NCBI RefSeq assembly: GCF_009914755.1
Contig: NC_060930.1
Reading direction: 5' to 3' (one strand)
Length of the DNA: 64,000 bases
DNA from: the human T2T-CHM13v2.0 reference genome, Homo sapiens
Position numbers and translations under genes: made by a program. Shown here one piece after another: positions 1-13,051 of this stretch (its first letter is position 1; each line of letters starts with the position of its first letter). The notes under the pieces are model-generated. The model made no database searches. It saw nothing but the letters and a program-made list of their open reading frames with translations, and was not told where the DNA came from.

Positions 1-585
1 TGATCTCTCTGCTGTGCTTTTCAGTTACCCAGATTGATGAACAGATAATGTCAGGTAAAATTAGGCTAAACATAAGAATAATAATATAAAGAAATAATTT
101 ACAGTTGTTTCAACTCATCAGTATTGTTCATTAATTTTCTCCACTCCATTTGATGAAAAATGGGGGCTGCATTTCCTTACTTTCATGTAGGCTGATACCC
201 ATATAACATCCTTGTGTCTTCTATAAGAGCTGATCTGCTAAAAAGCTGAGTTATTCAGCTAAGGAAGCTGCAGCTGATAAAGAGTGTTATATATATGTAC
301 TGCTCACTTGCTCTTCATCATCTACTCAGTGCTCTGGGTCTGCTATAGGACTAGTTAGATGCTGTAGAAAATAGTGTATGTCAGATTTTGATGGGTTGCA
401 ATAAATTGCTTTAAATTTTTTCATACGTTTTGCCTAAAATGTGGTACTTTGAATGGGCAACTTGGGCTGATACTTTCCTTGTGTACTAGTGCTTGGTTGG
501 CTTGCATTTTGTATTATGATAAAAAATAACAGCCCTTTAAGAACTTAAAAATGTAAATTATTATTGAGACCTGACTAAATCTCAT

Positions 586-933
586 TGTATTGGATTGCTT
601 GGGGTACTGTAACAAAATTCCATAGACTGAGTGTCTTCAACGCAAACACTGATGTTGTGGAGGCTGCAAAATCCAGGACCAGGCTGATTTGGTTCTTGGT
701 GAGGGCTCTCTGGCTTTCAGATGGACACCTTCTCACAGTGTCCTTACATGATGAAAGAGAGCTCTGGTTTCTTCCTTTTCTTATAAGGGCACTAATCGTA
801 TCTATTATGGCCCTAACCTCATGACATCCTTTAAAGTTAATAATCTCCCAAAGGCCTACCTCCAAATATCATTACATTGGGTATAAGTGCTTCAACATAT
901 GAATTTTAAAGTGACACCATTCAGTCCACAGCA
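586..933 (-). mobile_element. MaLR solo LTR (MLT1A-like)
   Basis: TG...CA termini, MLT1-like motifs (ctcccaaaggcctacctccaaata, cttcaacatatgaatttt), perfect 5-bp TSD CTCAT at 581-585 and 934-938. Confidence 0.8.
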
Positions 934-1872
934 CTCATCATTTAATACAAATGTAATGCATTTAATGCAATATTTTTTAGGTTGTTTGAGTGTTTTCAAT
1001 GGTTTTGCTTTTGTCATGTTCTTTCCTCAGATTCTCATACTGTGTTGGAAACACATTACATTTTCATGAACCAATCCTTGTGGATACTTCTATGGCCATT
1101 TCAGCATAGAGTATCTACAATACCATTACCATGATTTTATTTCCCTTACAATTTATCTTTTTATTCAATATTATTATGTTTGAATTGGTGCCGAATAATT
1201 TCTACTTTGCTATGTTTACTTTCAAAATCAGAAATCAAAATCACTTTCTCTTTTAGATAATACACATGTCTGATAGTTTTCTACTTTATTAACATTTAAT
1301 ATTATATTAATATTATACTATTTCCCTCAAAGTATCACGAACTACAGATATATGATTGTTTGTATTATGTGAACATATCTATAACTTAATAAAAATATAC
1401 AAACACAAAAACAAAACAAAATAAAAACTTTAAAGTTACAACTTACATAATTTTAATATCCCATCTGGAAATAGTCAGATTCATTGTCTGGTTTATATTA
1501 AATTTTAAATTTAGCTCTTCCAAATTATAATTATATAAACAGGTTGAAGGGGTCCTTCCCCTATTAATATTACCACAGACTTAATATTGACAGCCATTTT
1601 TTATCTTCAGGAAATTCTATACTACAGATAGAATTATTTATAAAAATTGATCAAAGCAAGATTTTTAAAATTATAATGAAAAAATAAGAGGAGGGTAGGG
1701 AAGAGTGTAATGTCATTGAGCTTCTGTGTTGGAGTCACTCACTATTTTGAAAATTATGCATGTAAGTAACCAGAATAATTTATGAATGTTTAATTCAGTA
1801 AGATTAAATATAAAAAGGATATTACGACATTCTCCTAAATATTACCTTTGCTTCTTTGCTTATTCCTCATAG

Positions 1873-2053
1873 ACTGGTATCCCACGCATGCTACCCACTT
1901 TTCAAAGACCAAAATGCTACCAACAATGGATGTGCCATGGCAAGCAGGTCTGATGGGCGAGGAAAACGGCATGCCACGAAGCCATGTCCCAACAACGTAG
2001 AAAAATCTAACAGGATCTATCAATGTTCTCCTCCATACAGAGTCTCTTCCAAC
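1873..2053 (+). CDS. TINAG: TINAG coding exon (probably exon 7), 181 nt, phase 2->0
   Basis: ctcatag acceptor, AAC|gtaagt donor; encodes (G)LVSHACYPLFKDQNATNNGCAMASRSDGRGKRHATKPCPNNVEKSNRIYQCSPPYRVSSN, recognised as the TINAG C1A domain. Confidence 0.96.
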
Positions 2054-2599
2054 GTAAGTATAAATGGCAAGAATCAAGAATAGTTGGCTTTCTCAAATGT
2101 ATATAGCTCTACTGTAACTAAAACAATTTAAAAACTAATTAAAACTATTATATTCTAAAATAAATATTATATTTTCATGTATAATTTTTAATATTTTTAA
2201 GGACTTTCAGTTTGGGTATGATGTCTTATCTTTGTAACATTAGCAGTGTAAAGGACTGACTTAAATTTTAAAATGTCCAAGGAAATAGGGTTTTAAAATT
2301 ATGTTTCATAATATGTGTATATACATATATTTGAACTTGACAATTAAAAGTTAAGTTAAACACTTTTTCACTGACTTTTTTTGTGGTATTAGCTCATTTT
2401 ATCAATCCTTTGCCTCACTCAACAAAATAATTTAAGAGGACCTGGGTCTAATAGAAAAAAGAGTCCCTTGGATTCTAGTTTGTCTGTTAAAAGCCTAGGC
2501 GAATTTACTTCTTCATATCAGTGTTCCCCAAGCCTTCTCGTTTTCAGAATTTGTGAACCTCCAGTGTCTTCTAATTATCTCCAGAATACAATTCGGTGT

Positions 2600-3092
2600 T
2601 CTAACCATAGCACATTGGCCTTTCATGAGTTGGTTTTGACGTACTACTTTTATACACTCATGTCCTGCCAGCATCTGCCACTCTACCCAGCCATAATGCT
2701 CCTAATACATAGAACTAGTCTCTTTTCCCCAGGTACACCATGCTCTGTTATACTTTTCCACTTAGCTAGGTGATAATTCCTCTGATGCAAATGGTTATCA
2801 AGCCTTTCCATCTAGAATGCCAAGCAAATGTCAAGGCCCAGGTAAAAACTTCATCTTCTCTGTGACGTTTTCCTTGATTTCCAGGCAGAATTAATTTTCC
2901 TTTTTTGTTTGCAAACGTAACACTTTGCGCTTGTCTCTACAATGGATCTTATTAAATAATAATGAAATTAGTAGTGTCATTCAACCAAAATGTAAATACC
3001 TTGAGTATAGGTGCAGGGTCAATATTTGTTCCTGTCATAGTTTCTGGCATGTACTTTGTGCTCAATATGCACAGAAAAATGGATGAATGAGT
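2600..3092 (+). mobile_element. L2 LINE 3' fragment
   Basis: L2-type 3' end (tctggcatgtactttgtgctcaata...ggatgaatgag); boundaries approximate. Confidence 0.55.
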
Positions 3093-3509
3093 GCCCTGCC
3101 TCCCTACAGAGGGCTTCATTAAACATTAGGAGACATCATAGAAATATTTGTACTAAAGCTACTGAGACATCTAACTAAACAATCATTTGGGATATCTCTT
3201 GTGAGAAAAAAATTAGAGGTACTAGTAATCTCCACTAATTAAATATTGCTTTAACTTACATTGTTTCTTTATAACCATAAAAGGCTATTGTATTTTGTCT
3301 CCACTCCAAATTTACTATTTAGTGATAAATGTCATTAAAACAAATGGGTGCATCTTGTCTTTAACAATTTCATTAATGTAGCATAATATACGTGAGTTTT
3401 TCAAAGTACAATTGAGAGTAAATTGCAAACACTTAACATTGTACACCAATCAATGGGTTTAGTATGCTCTGATAACAATGATATTGCTTATTCATATTTT
3501 TCCATCCAG

Positions 3510-3555
3510 GAAACTGAGATAATGAAAGAAATCATGCAAAATGGACCAGTTCAAG
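3510..3555 (+). CDS. TINAG: TINAG coding exon (probably exon 8), 46 nt, phase 0->1
   Basis: ttttccatccag acceptor, CAAG|gtaagc donor; ETEIMKEIMQNGPVQ (cathepsin-type 'EI..NGPV' motif), in frame with both neighbours. Confidence 0.96.
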
Positions 3556-6500
3556 GTAAGCTTGAATGAAATACGGTTTTTTCTTACTCATTCCTTTAAT
3601 AAACAACATTACATTGAGCTCATGTAATAGGAGTTTAATAAAATAAAGAAAATTTTTACTTTAAGAGTATCCAAAAGGCTTCAACAGTTCTAAAATGAGT
3701 GCAGTTATGAGAAATATGCTTACCTATATCTTAATTAGCTGCCATTTTATTTTCAGAAGATAGACTCATTTATAAATTGAACTCTTAAAAATTAATGACA
3801 CATTTGATGAATAACTCCGAAATCTTTCCAAAGTGATCATGGACCAACAGAAAGTCCAACATGAAATGCCAACTGACTAATTTGTAATGAAGCTTACTTT
3901 ATTTATTCAGTCATATTTAAGAATCATACATACAGTTTTCTTATCTTCAGTTTAAATAGATTAGGTCGTGGATTGAAAAAATTGAGGATTAATATTTTCC
4001 TTCTATTAGCTCAAAATAAAGCGAGTAAACTAGTGTAATTTTACATTTTACAAAAGGTTTTCAATTTTGATCAATTTTGTAAATGTTTTATTTAGAGTAA
4101 CAGTAAATAATGAAATCATACAGTTACTTGTATATTGCCTTTGATTTATATCATCTCTTATGATAATTTATTCTGCTTACCTGTTGAATTTTATTTTGCA
4201 TCAATGACCTGAATAAGGGTATACTCACAGAATGTATTCCCTGTATAAACATTGGCTTGAAGTGCATGGAAGAACAAATCCAATGAGGTCTAAAATGAAA
4301 ATTTAGGTTGTGAATACTGAAGGGCCCGGAATATATTATCAATGCAGTGGAATAAAAAATAGGCCAAAATTAAATGTAAAACATTTGGTACACACTTAAG
4401 GAACTGTTGCCAATTTTAATTTTTCTGAATACTGATCTAATTAGTATCGGTTAAATATATATAGGCAGGAATCATGGATTTTATAATTGTGTTGGATGAA
4501 TTTTTATTGATCATTATCACCACTTAGCATTTATTGAGAAACCACAGCCTACATAAACATGTCCTGAATTTAATTTTTAAAAATTATGGGAAAATTATGG
4601 GACATTACCCAAAACCTGAAACAAATGAAGAGAAATTTTCTGTTCCCCCTTACAGCTGTTGGTTATTTGTTGGTTATTTGAAGAGTGAGGGAATTAATCT
4701 CTAATTTCAATGCATGCTCCATTAAGTGGTGCTTGTGTGACAAATTTAAAAGATCACAGGCATTTGGACTCAAGGTTACACTAAAATATCCCAACTTTGG
4801 CATTTGCTGTTTAAATAACTTTGGGCAATTTTCTTAACCTTTCAGAATCTTCAAGTTGTTGTATTATTGTTTCAAGTGTTTTTTTTTTCTTTTTCCCTCT
4901 CTCTCTCCCTCTTTTTAAATCAATCAAACAATTTTGAATTGTAATTATTTAAAATTGAGAAAATTTAAATACCTTAGATTTATTTTATGGCCATATACTG
5001 AAATGCTCATAAATTTCACAGAATGAATAAAAAATAAAGACATAACATTTCAAAGCAATAAAACAAAAATGCAAGTTATTCAACATTCATTTAACAAAGA
5101 TTTCTTGAGAACCTGCTTCCTGCTAGCCTAAGCCAGGAGCAAGAGACGAGGAACAACCAAACATCTCATCCGTGTTATAATTCTGTATAATGAGTTTGCT
5201 GCAGTTTTCCAAAAGTAAAATTGCATGATTGTAACTTATATAGTTATATATTCGTGAATTTATCAAGTCTGTTTGGTATCAGAAACTGCAGAAAGAAGCC
5301 ATCTTTCAGGTAATTATGGTGGCTTCTCATCCTTTTTCTTAGGTGGCAGTGTTTTTCAGGAATAATGAATACATTTTATTTATGATGCTTACAGGAAAGT
5401 TGAATCATAAGACCTCAAAGAGTCAATGGTTCTACAGAAAAGAAAAGCCACTAGCAATATCTTCACATTTTTATAAATGGATAGAATGCTGGTTGACTCT
5501 TCTTGCTATAAATGTTACAGGATTGCCTGGCCTGGCATACGGCATTTCCCCTGTCTCAGTACGAAAGAGTGTAAAAGCCAATAGAACCCTGAATGAATAA
5601 CTTTGTGTACATTCTTCTAAAATCTGTAGGATTGAAAATAAGTATAGGTGATGGATAGAGAACAAAAGCAGAGATCTGCGTAAAGTACAGTTACATAAAT
5701 TCTTAAAATCCTCTAGGAATGTGTTTTAGAGTAGATAAAGAAGTTTTAACCTCTTTTGCGACTATTTGCACAGCATCAGAAAAGGCATGGAACATTAAAA
5801 AATGAAACAAAAACTGGAACATTGAAAAGTTATATTTAACTTTGGAGTATAAGCTTTTTTAAAGGATCTGTCAAACACTAGTTACCTTACTTCCTATTTT
5901 ATTTAAAATGCTTGTCAAATTAAGACAAGTATTGTACACAGTTATCAAGCTATACATATCTAATCCCAATTAAAAATTTTCAAATTCATATCTTCTATAA
6001 GAGAAGTTTAAAGGCTTCACCCTGAATTGCCAAAGCCCTTCAACAAAGCAGCACACAATAGAGAGATGAAGTAATTTAGGTGAAGGAAGGAAGGAGAGCT
6101 TTCTAAAATATAAGCCCTGCTTTTTAAAGTGTACAACATTGCTTATCTCTCCAGAGCTGGGAGGATGAAATTCTGTCAAAGTTTTATTTTGCCAGGAGTT
6201 TGCTTTTTTATTCCAACTCACAAAAGAAAGGTTTGTATTTACTTATGAGGATTAACAACAATTGCTTTAAGCTCAGTTTGCTAGGCTCTGCTAGCTTAAT
6301 TGGGGTTTTAAAAGGCTTGTGGTAAAGCACAAGGTTAGTGGAGAAATAGCAATCACTGACCAAGTATAGTATGCTTTTGTTGCAAGCGCTTAATTTTTGG
6401 TAGTAGCGTCTCTGTTGATTAAGACTAGATGGTGTTTTAAAAGCATAATGTGTACTTAATATTCTAAATAGCTAAAAGTTGTTTTTATAAGATAAAAAAA

Positions 6501-6670
6501 TATTGCAACTAATTAATTAAGTAGGAAAGAAAATTAGGCTGAATCACACAGCCCCTTCTTAGATTCATCTCCTTGCAATTTACCCATTGGTTGTTCCGTG
6601 AAATTTTCTGGTGGTTTTTAAAGATGATATTTTAATACTGTGCCATTTGTTCTGTTGGATTTTATTTTAG

Positions 6671-6794
6671 CCATAATGCAAGTCCGTGAAGATTTCTTCC
6701 ATTATAAGACAGGGATATACAGACATGTTACCAGCACAAATAAAGAATCAGAAAAATATCGAAAGCTTCAGACACATGCAGTCAAACTCACTGG
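6671..6794 (+). CDS. TINAG: TINAG coding exon (probably exon 9), 124 nt, phase 1->2
   Basis: ttattttag acceptor, GG|gtaagg donor; (A)IMQVREDFFHYKTGIYRHVTSTNKESEKYRKLQTHAVKLT(G); papain-family His codon CAT at 6775-6777. Confidence 0.96.
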
Positions 6795-7869
6795 GTAAGG
6801 CAATTAAACAAAATTCATTTAATTCTTTTGGAAAATGAAACTGAAAATAAGAATATGCAGTGTTTTAAATGCTAGAATCCCCTTTGTAGGAGAGATTGTG
6901 ATACAAATGAAAAATGATCTAAACCTTGCCACTATTTAGTCATTATTTTAAAGTCCAGTAAAAGGCTAACTCAGCATTCTGGGAAAAATGATCTTTTCCT
7001 ACCTCTCACTTCTTGTGATTATGTCCTTAAGAATCCGTTCTAAGGGCAAAGAACATGTATTATTGAAATAAATTCTACATAAGGCATAATCAAGGGAAGA
7101 GAGCAAATCCAAGGCGTATTATGGTTTGGGGAGATGGTTTTGAATAGAATTGCAAATAGCAAAGATTAAGCAGGAAGAGAAGGTCACCTATAATTCAATA
7201 TAAGGTTACTTTATATTTATGTGAGAATTGTAGAAATTAGATTGATCAATTTTTAAGTAAAATATATTAATCTATGCAAGGGAAAGAAAGAAGTTCAAAA
7301 TTTGGTGGTGGCATTTCAAGAGTGAGTAATTTTACAAGTAGGCTGTACTCTGAAAGACAGTGTGGTTATGAGACCACTTTCCCAGCGCCTTCTCAATTTT
7401 ATTCTGACTAAAACATCTCATAATGTCTCACTCTAGTTCAAATGAAATGCTACAAAGTTTTATTTTCCATCTAAAAATCTCACTCTTCTCATATTGCATA
7501 TTATGGTAAATAACTTCATTCCCATTGAACATGTCTTTAATGACTTAATTTTATGGAGCCTACGCAAAACAACCTCACCTACAATCAAATTGTTGTCTTC
7601 TCCTTACTGATCTTTGAAACACCTTTAAGTCAGTTCTAAGCTATGTAGACAAGCTGTCCTGTGTGATGCTTCCTTAATCGTTGTCCTTCCTTTATTTTAA
7701 ATACTCTAATATTTCAATTACAAAATTATCACATTTCTTTGAATCTAAGATAATACTAATTTTATGACTGTGCTGATTTCATGAATATGAAAATACATGT
7801 ATCTTAGGATTGAAGAATGTGATTTTCATGTTAATGTAGGATGCTGAATCTACAAATTGGAAAAAATGT

Positions 7870-7872
<3 letters not shown>

Positions 7873-7910
<38 letters not shown>
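7873..7910. repeat. (GT)19 microsatellite
   Basis: read directly. Confidence 0.95.
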
Positions 7911-7912
<2 letters not shown>

Positions 7913-8005
7913 TTATAAATGTTTTCACCATTCCTAGATAATAACCTCTGTTGAAATCTTGGAGTATTTTTAATGAATCTCCTAGATATATAACTATTGA
8001 GAAAC

Positions 8006-8060
8006 AAAGAAAGAAAGAAGGAAGGAAGGAAGGAAGGAAAGAAGGAAAGAAGGAAAGAGA
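8006..8060. repeat. (GAAA)/(GGAA)n polypurine tract
   Basis: read directly. Confidence 0.9.
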
Positions 8061-8416
8061 TTTCACAGGAAAACAAGATAGTGCAGTACTTCAAATTTTT
8101 TGAAAAGGAAAATTTTGCTAATGTTTTTCTCTAGCAGTATATAAAAATGCCAGTTTCTCAACATTCTTTCTAACACTGGGTTTGAAAGAAACACTTTTCC
8201 ATTTTAATAGGGTTATAAAACTGAATAGTTTTAATTACTCAGCATCACTGGTCTTTGGAAGCCTATGGTAGCTTCCTATTACCCTACTTTTTAAGGTTAT
8301 ATGGAACAAGGTGCTTGCCTTAATTTTTAAAAAGTGTATCATTTTTAATAAAATGAAGATACACTCTCTACTAAAATTAACAACTTAAAAAGAAGATAGT
8401 AAAAAATACCAAATCA

Positions 8417-8700
8417 GGCCAGGTGTGGTGGCTCATGCTTGTAATCCCAGCACTTTGGGAGGGCAAGGCGAGTGGATTGCTTGAGGCCAGGCATTTAAGA
8501 TAAGCCTGGCCAACATGGTGAAACCCTCTTTCTATAAAAAAAATACAAAAATTAGCTGGGCATGGTTGCAGACACCTGTAATCCCAGCTACTCAGGAGGC
8601 TGAGGCACGAGAATCGCTTAAACCCTAGAAGTGGAGGTTGCAGTGAGCTTAAATCTGCACTCTGGGCAACAGAGTGAGACTCTGTCTCAAAAAACAAAAA
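8417..8700 (+). mobile_element. Alu (old J/S type, deletion in right arm)
   Basis: ggccaggtgtggtggctca...tgtaatcccagcactttgggagg, A-rich linker and tail; degenerate TSD aaaaaataccaaatca / aaaaattcccaaatta. Confidence 0.92.
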
Positions 8701-8959
8701 TTCCCAAATTATGTCATATTAATGCTCAAAGATCATTATTATCATATTTGGTAAAAAACATGTCAGGTAAGTCTTCTCTTGCTCTCTCTCTCTCTGTTAG
8801 TGAAAAGTTTGACAAACAAAAATAGAAAGACAATATAGGATAAGTCATTTGAAACTATTGCTATTCAGGCTAACTTTACTTGAATTTAATAAAATTTAAT
8901 TAAAAGAGACATTTTTGATTCTTCAACAAAGGATAAGTTCTTGTCTAAATCTCTCTTCA

Positions 8960-10630
8960 TTTATTGTAGACTCCAGGCCCTCTTAGCTATTCAAGGACAT
9001 GCAGAAGCAATTTCTCCTTTTTCTTCTCTGTAATCATTTCTATTTCTACCACCATACAAATAGTGTTGTTATCCCTCAGATTAAAAAAAAAAAACCTCAG
9101 CACTTTTTTGGACTCTGCTTCCTCCACACTCCATTTATGTTCATTCTTTACAGCAAACTCCTTGCAAGATTTGCCTGGAATCACTTTCAGTTCTCTTTCC
9201 AATCTTTCTTAAACTGCACCAATCATGTTTTCATTACTCCCGTCCTCTTCACAGAAATAGCTATTTCAAGGTTATCAAAGGCATCCACATTGCTAAATTC
9301 ATTGGTCAGATCCCAGACCTGCCCATCCTCTTCATCTGATTTTTTTCTTTTTGGCCACAACTTTGCAGTGTACTTTGCTGCATTTTCCCCCCTGTACTTC
9401 TACATTTCTTAACGTTGACATGCCCTAGTCTCAGGTCTTGTTTCTTCTCTTGCTTCTAGTCTCACTGTGTCTGGTGAGCTCATCATTCTCTGAGTTCATC
9501 CTGGCTTTAAGTGCCATCTAAAAGCTGACATCAACTGAATTTATATCTCAGCTCAGACCTCTTTCCTGAACTCCAGACTCATACATTCTATGACCTATTT
9601 GACATCATCACCTGGATACCTTATTAGGGAGTAAATGCTTCAAATTCAACACTTCCAAAACAGAACTCCTGATCTTCTCCCTTTATTCTTGCTAAACAGC
9701 ATCAATCTTTTCTATCTTAATTAATGACAGCTCTGTTCTTCCATATTCTCTGCTGGAAGCCTTGGAGTCATCCTTTATTCCTTTACTTCACAATTTACTT
9801 TCAATATGTCACAACCTCTTTTGGCCCTTTCAACGTATATCCAGAACTCAACCACTGTTTACTATCTGAACTACCATCACCCTTGCCTAAGCCACCATTG
9901 CCTGTTATTTTGTACCTGGATTACTGAAGTAGCTTCTAACAAATTTTACTGCATTGATCTTCGCTCCTTGACAGTCTAGTCTCAACATAGAAAACAGGGT
10001 TTTCCTTTTAGAACTTTAGATCTTGTTATTCTTTGTTCAGAATCCTACAATATATTCCCAATTCCATCAGATTAAAAGCCAAATTTCTCACAATGGCTTA
10101 TAAAGGGCCAACATATTCTGAGGACTCTCCTTCTCGCCGACTCCCACTCCCATCAACTTTCTGATCTCAACTCCTACCCATCTGTACCTTGATTTCCTGC
10201 TCTAGTGATTATTTAATGTTTCAGCAACATGTACCCCAGTGCCTTTCCCTCTACCTAAAATGCTCTTCTACTGTATATACAGTTCCTTAGTGTCTGTGTC
10301 TCCACCCAGTCTCTGGTCAGGTCTCACCTTCTTAATATGTCCTCCCTGGCTGCCCTATATAATTTGTGACTTGCCCTCTGCTCCAGCAATCCTGATCCCC
10401 CTACCTGCTTTATTTTTAAAAATTTTATACAATTATCACTTTTTAACACAGTGTATAATTTAATTAGCTTTTTTATGTTGATTGTATATTGTCTGTCTTC
10501 TTTACTAGAATGACGTTCCATGAGAGCTGGTGTCTGTATTATTTACTGAGGTAGCCAAACCACTAAATACGGTACTGATCCGTTGATCAGTAATGCACTT
10601 AATGTTTTCTCTTTTCAACGAATGAATGAG
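8960..10630 (+). mobile_element. L2 LINE, ~1.7 kb diverged 3' portion
   Basis: L2 motifs (ctcctgatcttctccc, ccttggagtcatcc, tttactagaatg...ccatgagag) ending gaatgaatga; start approximate. Confidence 0.7.
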
Positions 10631-12459
10631 TTTTTTCCTTATGGTCTGCACTAGTTTTCCTTTGCTGTTACTTATATTTACATGGAGAAGTTATTCGTCA
10701 AAAAAAAAAAAAAAAAGATTAGGGAGAAATTAGAGGAGATAGCTGAGGCACTCTTCAGCTTCGATTCAAGTTTGTAAATGTTGAACCTGTGCTCATCAGA
10801 TCAACCTTTGCTGTTATCCTGGGAGTTCTGCCCTTAGTTTATAGCTCAGATAGTTTGATGGGACTTATAATAAATTCCTTACTACTACTCTTTGCCTTTC
10901 TTTTTTACTTCACCCTGCTGCATCATTTAGCCATCACCCCTGAAGGGCTGGCCTGGACTTTGGCAACCCAATTGACTTCTAGTATGAGATTTCTTTTTCA
11001 GCTGACCTCCAGTGGGTAGTACGGGAAGGGATTGACATCTGATCGCATTAGCTTGCAAATGGTCCTCATTACAAAAATCTTAAGGGGTGTTTCTAGACTG
11101 CATTATGTACTTCTAAGGGGAAATTTTTCCTATTCAGGTCCAGTGGTGCAGGGGAACGGTTTTGGTGAATGCCGTCTCAGCACCCATTTTTCTTCGGTAC
11201 AGAACAAAAGGTTTTTTTGTTATTCAACAAAGTTGTGTTTTGAAATTATGACCATTTGTTTGAATTTATTAAAGACAGAAATCATTAAGGTCTTAAAATT
11301 CATTCCATTTTATTGTGCTTTTCCATTCTTTTTCTGGGGCTTTTTAGGAAGGTAAATGGAATAAAATGTCTTAACAGTGTCACTGTAACTGGAAATTCAG
11401 CTCTACCTAAGTTCCATTTCCAGTAAGTTCAAAAGTCTAATTCCTTCTAAACTTTTTCCTATATATGTTTCATTATCAATTTTTGCCCAATCTAGGGGCT
11501 TCCTTGATCTAGAAAAAATTTTCTACCACACACTAGGTAATTGACTTATACTTTTCTATTATTCATAGAACTAAAATTCCATTCACTGTTTGGAGCCTCC
11601 TTTGATTTATTAGAACTGACCATTTATAACTTCTACCACCTATTTAGTCATATTGGTCATGTTTTCTTTTCTCTAATTCTATATTCATTTATGCTCAGTT
11701 TGAACAAGATGTAAATGTGTTTACATTTAATCCTCTATCATTGTGTATTCACATTTGGTGTGTCAGTTGCAATAGTGAATTCACTTTTATAAACTCCTAG
11801 AAAATTGGGATCTTTATAAATTTACTTTACTCACGTAACAATTAAGGCCAATTCTGCTAGTAGGCAAATTAGTTTTGGAAAATATATACTTTTTTAATTT
11901 TACAAAAATCTTAAGTCACCTGAGCATTGGTAGGTGCCCTGGAGCAGTTAGATTTTAATTCATTTATCCATTAGGATTTCCTGATTTGGTAATTACTACA
12001 TTCAAGAAATGAATGCATTAATGAATTAGAGAGCAATCAAATAGCTCAAGTAAGTAAATATTCCTTATCAGAGAACTTAATATACTCCTAAGAAGTACCT
12101 AACTAATGTAACACGACAAATTCTGTTTGCTGCGCTTTTTGTAGAAGGTGAAACTATTAGATTAAACTTATTGAAAAAATGAATTTGATCTTCTATCAAG
12201 TGCCCAGAACTGGGAAATACAAGGAGGATTGATTTATAGTCCTCCTCTTAAGGAGTTTAGCGGGTGAGGCAGATACATTCGCAATTGATTCTAGCATAAG
12301 GTGATAAAGGCTATATATTCCCATACATATAACTCACAGGACTGTGGTAGGTAGATACAAACCTGTAACACATATATTTGCTCCTAGTAGCCTTATTTCC
12401 CCCCTCTCTCTTCCCTTTCAATAACTCTGTCATCCCCATTTTGAATGCTATGGCTATAG

Positions 12460-12640
12460 ATGCATTTAATTGAATAAATAACACTATTTATTTTGAAATA
12501 CGGCCTTATTTTATATACCAATAAAAAGAGGAAAATATTTCTGATTAAACTAAGAAACTCCATCGATTATGGTATGAATCCCAATTTTAGAGATGTTAAA
12601 ATGTCATAAAAGTGTGTTTTACTATCAACAAAATATGGTA
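12460..12640. mobile_element. MER104-like (TcMar-Tc2) non-autonomous DNA element
   Basis: tcccaattttagagatgttaaaatg...aaaatatggta resembles the recalled MER104 end. Confidence 0.45.
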
Positions 12641-12952
12641 TTTCAGATTTTTATCCCACCCAATATTCTCCATATTATGGTCCTATTCCACATCTCCATG
12701 CCCATTAGAATTTGCCCTGTGTCCCTGTCCATTGAAGGTCTAAGCTTTATTTAATCCCCAAGTCTCAAGTTGGTTGTAATGCATTAATGCCATTTACTTT
12801 TGCTTATAAATCTTAGGAATTAGTGCAATAACTTAAATGAATAAATTCAACAGTAACATTTTTAGAAAATTACAGGAAAGAATTAGTATAAACATTGACT
12901 TTTTTTCATCTTGTCATCCCTGTTTGTGGAGCAGAATCTTACTGAAGATATA

Positions 12953-13005
12953 TAGTCCTACCTCATCTTATTGTGCTTTGGTTTCTTGTGTTTCACAGAT
13001 ACTGT

Positions 13006-13051
<46 letters not shown>

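Noticed and set aside
1856-2083. ORF-track 75-aa protein (also 32578-32844) as a standalone gene
   Set aside because: These are TINAG exons read through into flanking intron
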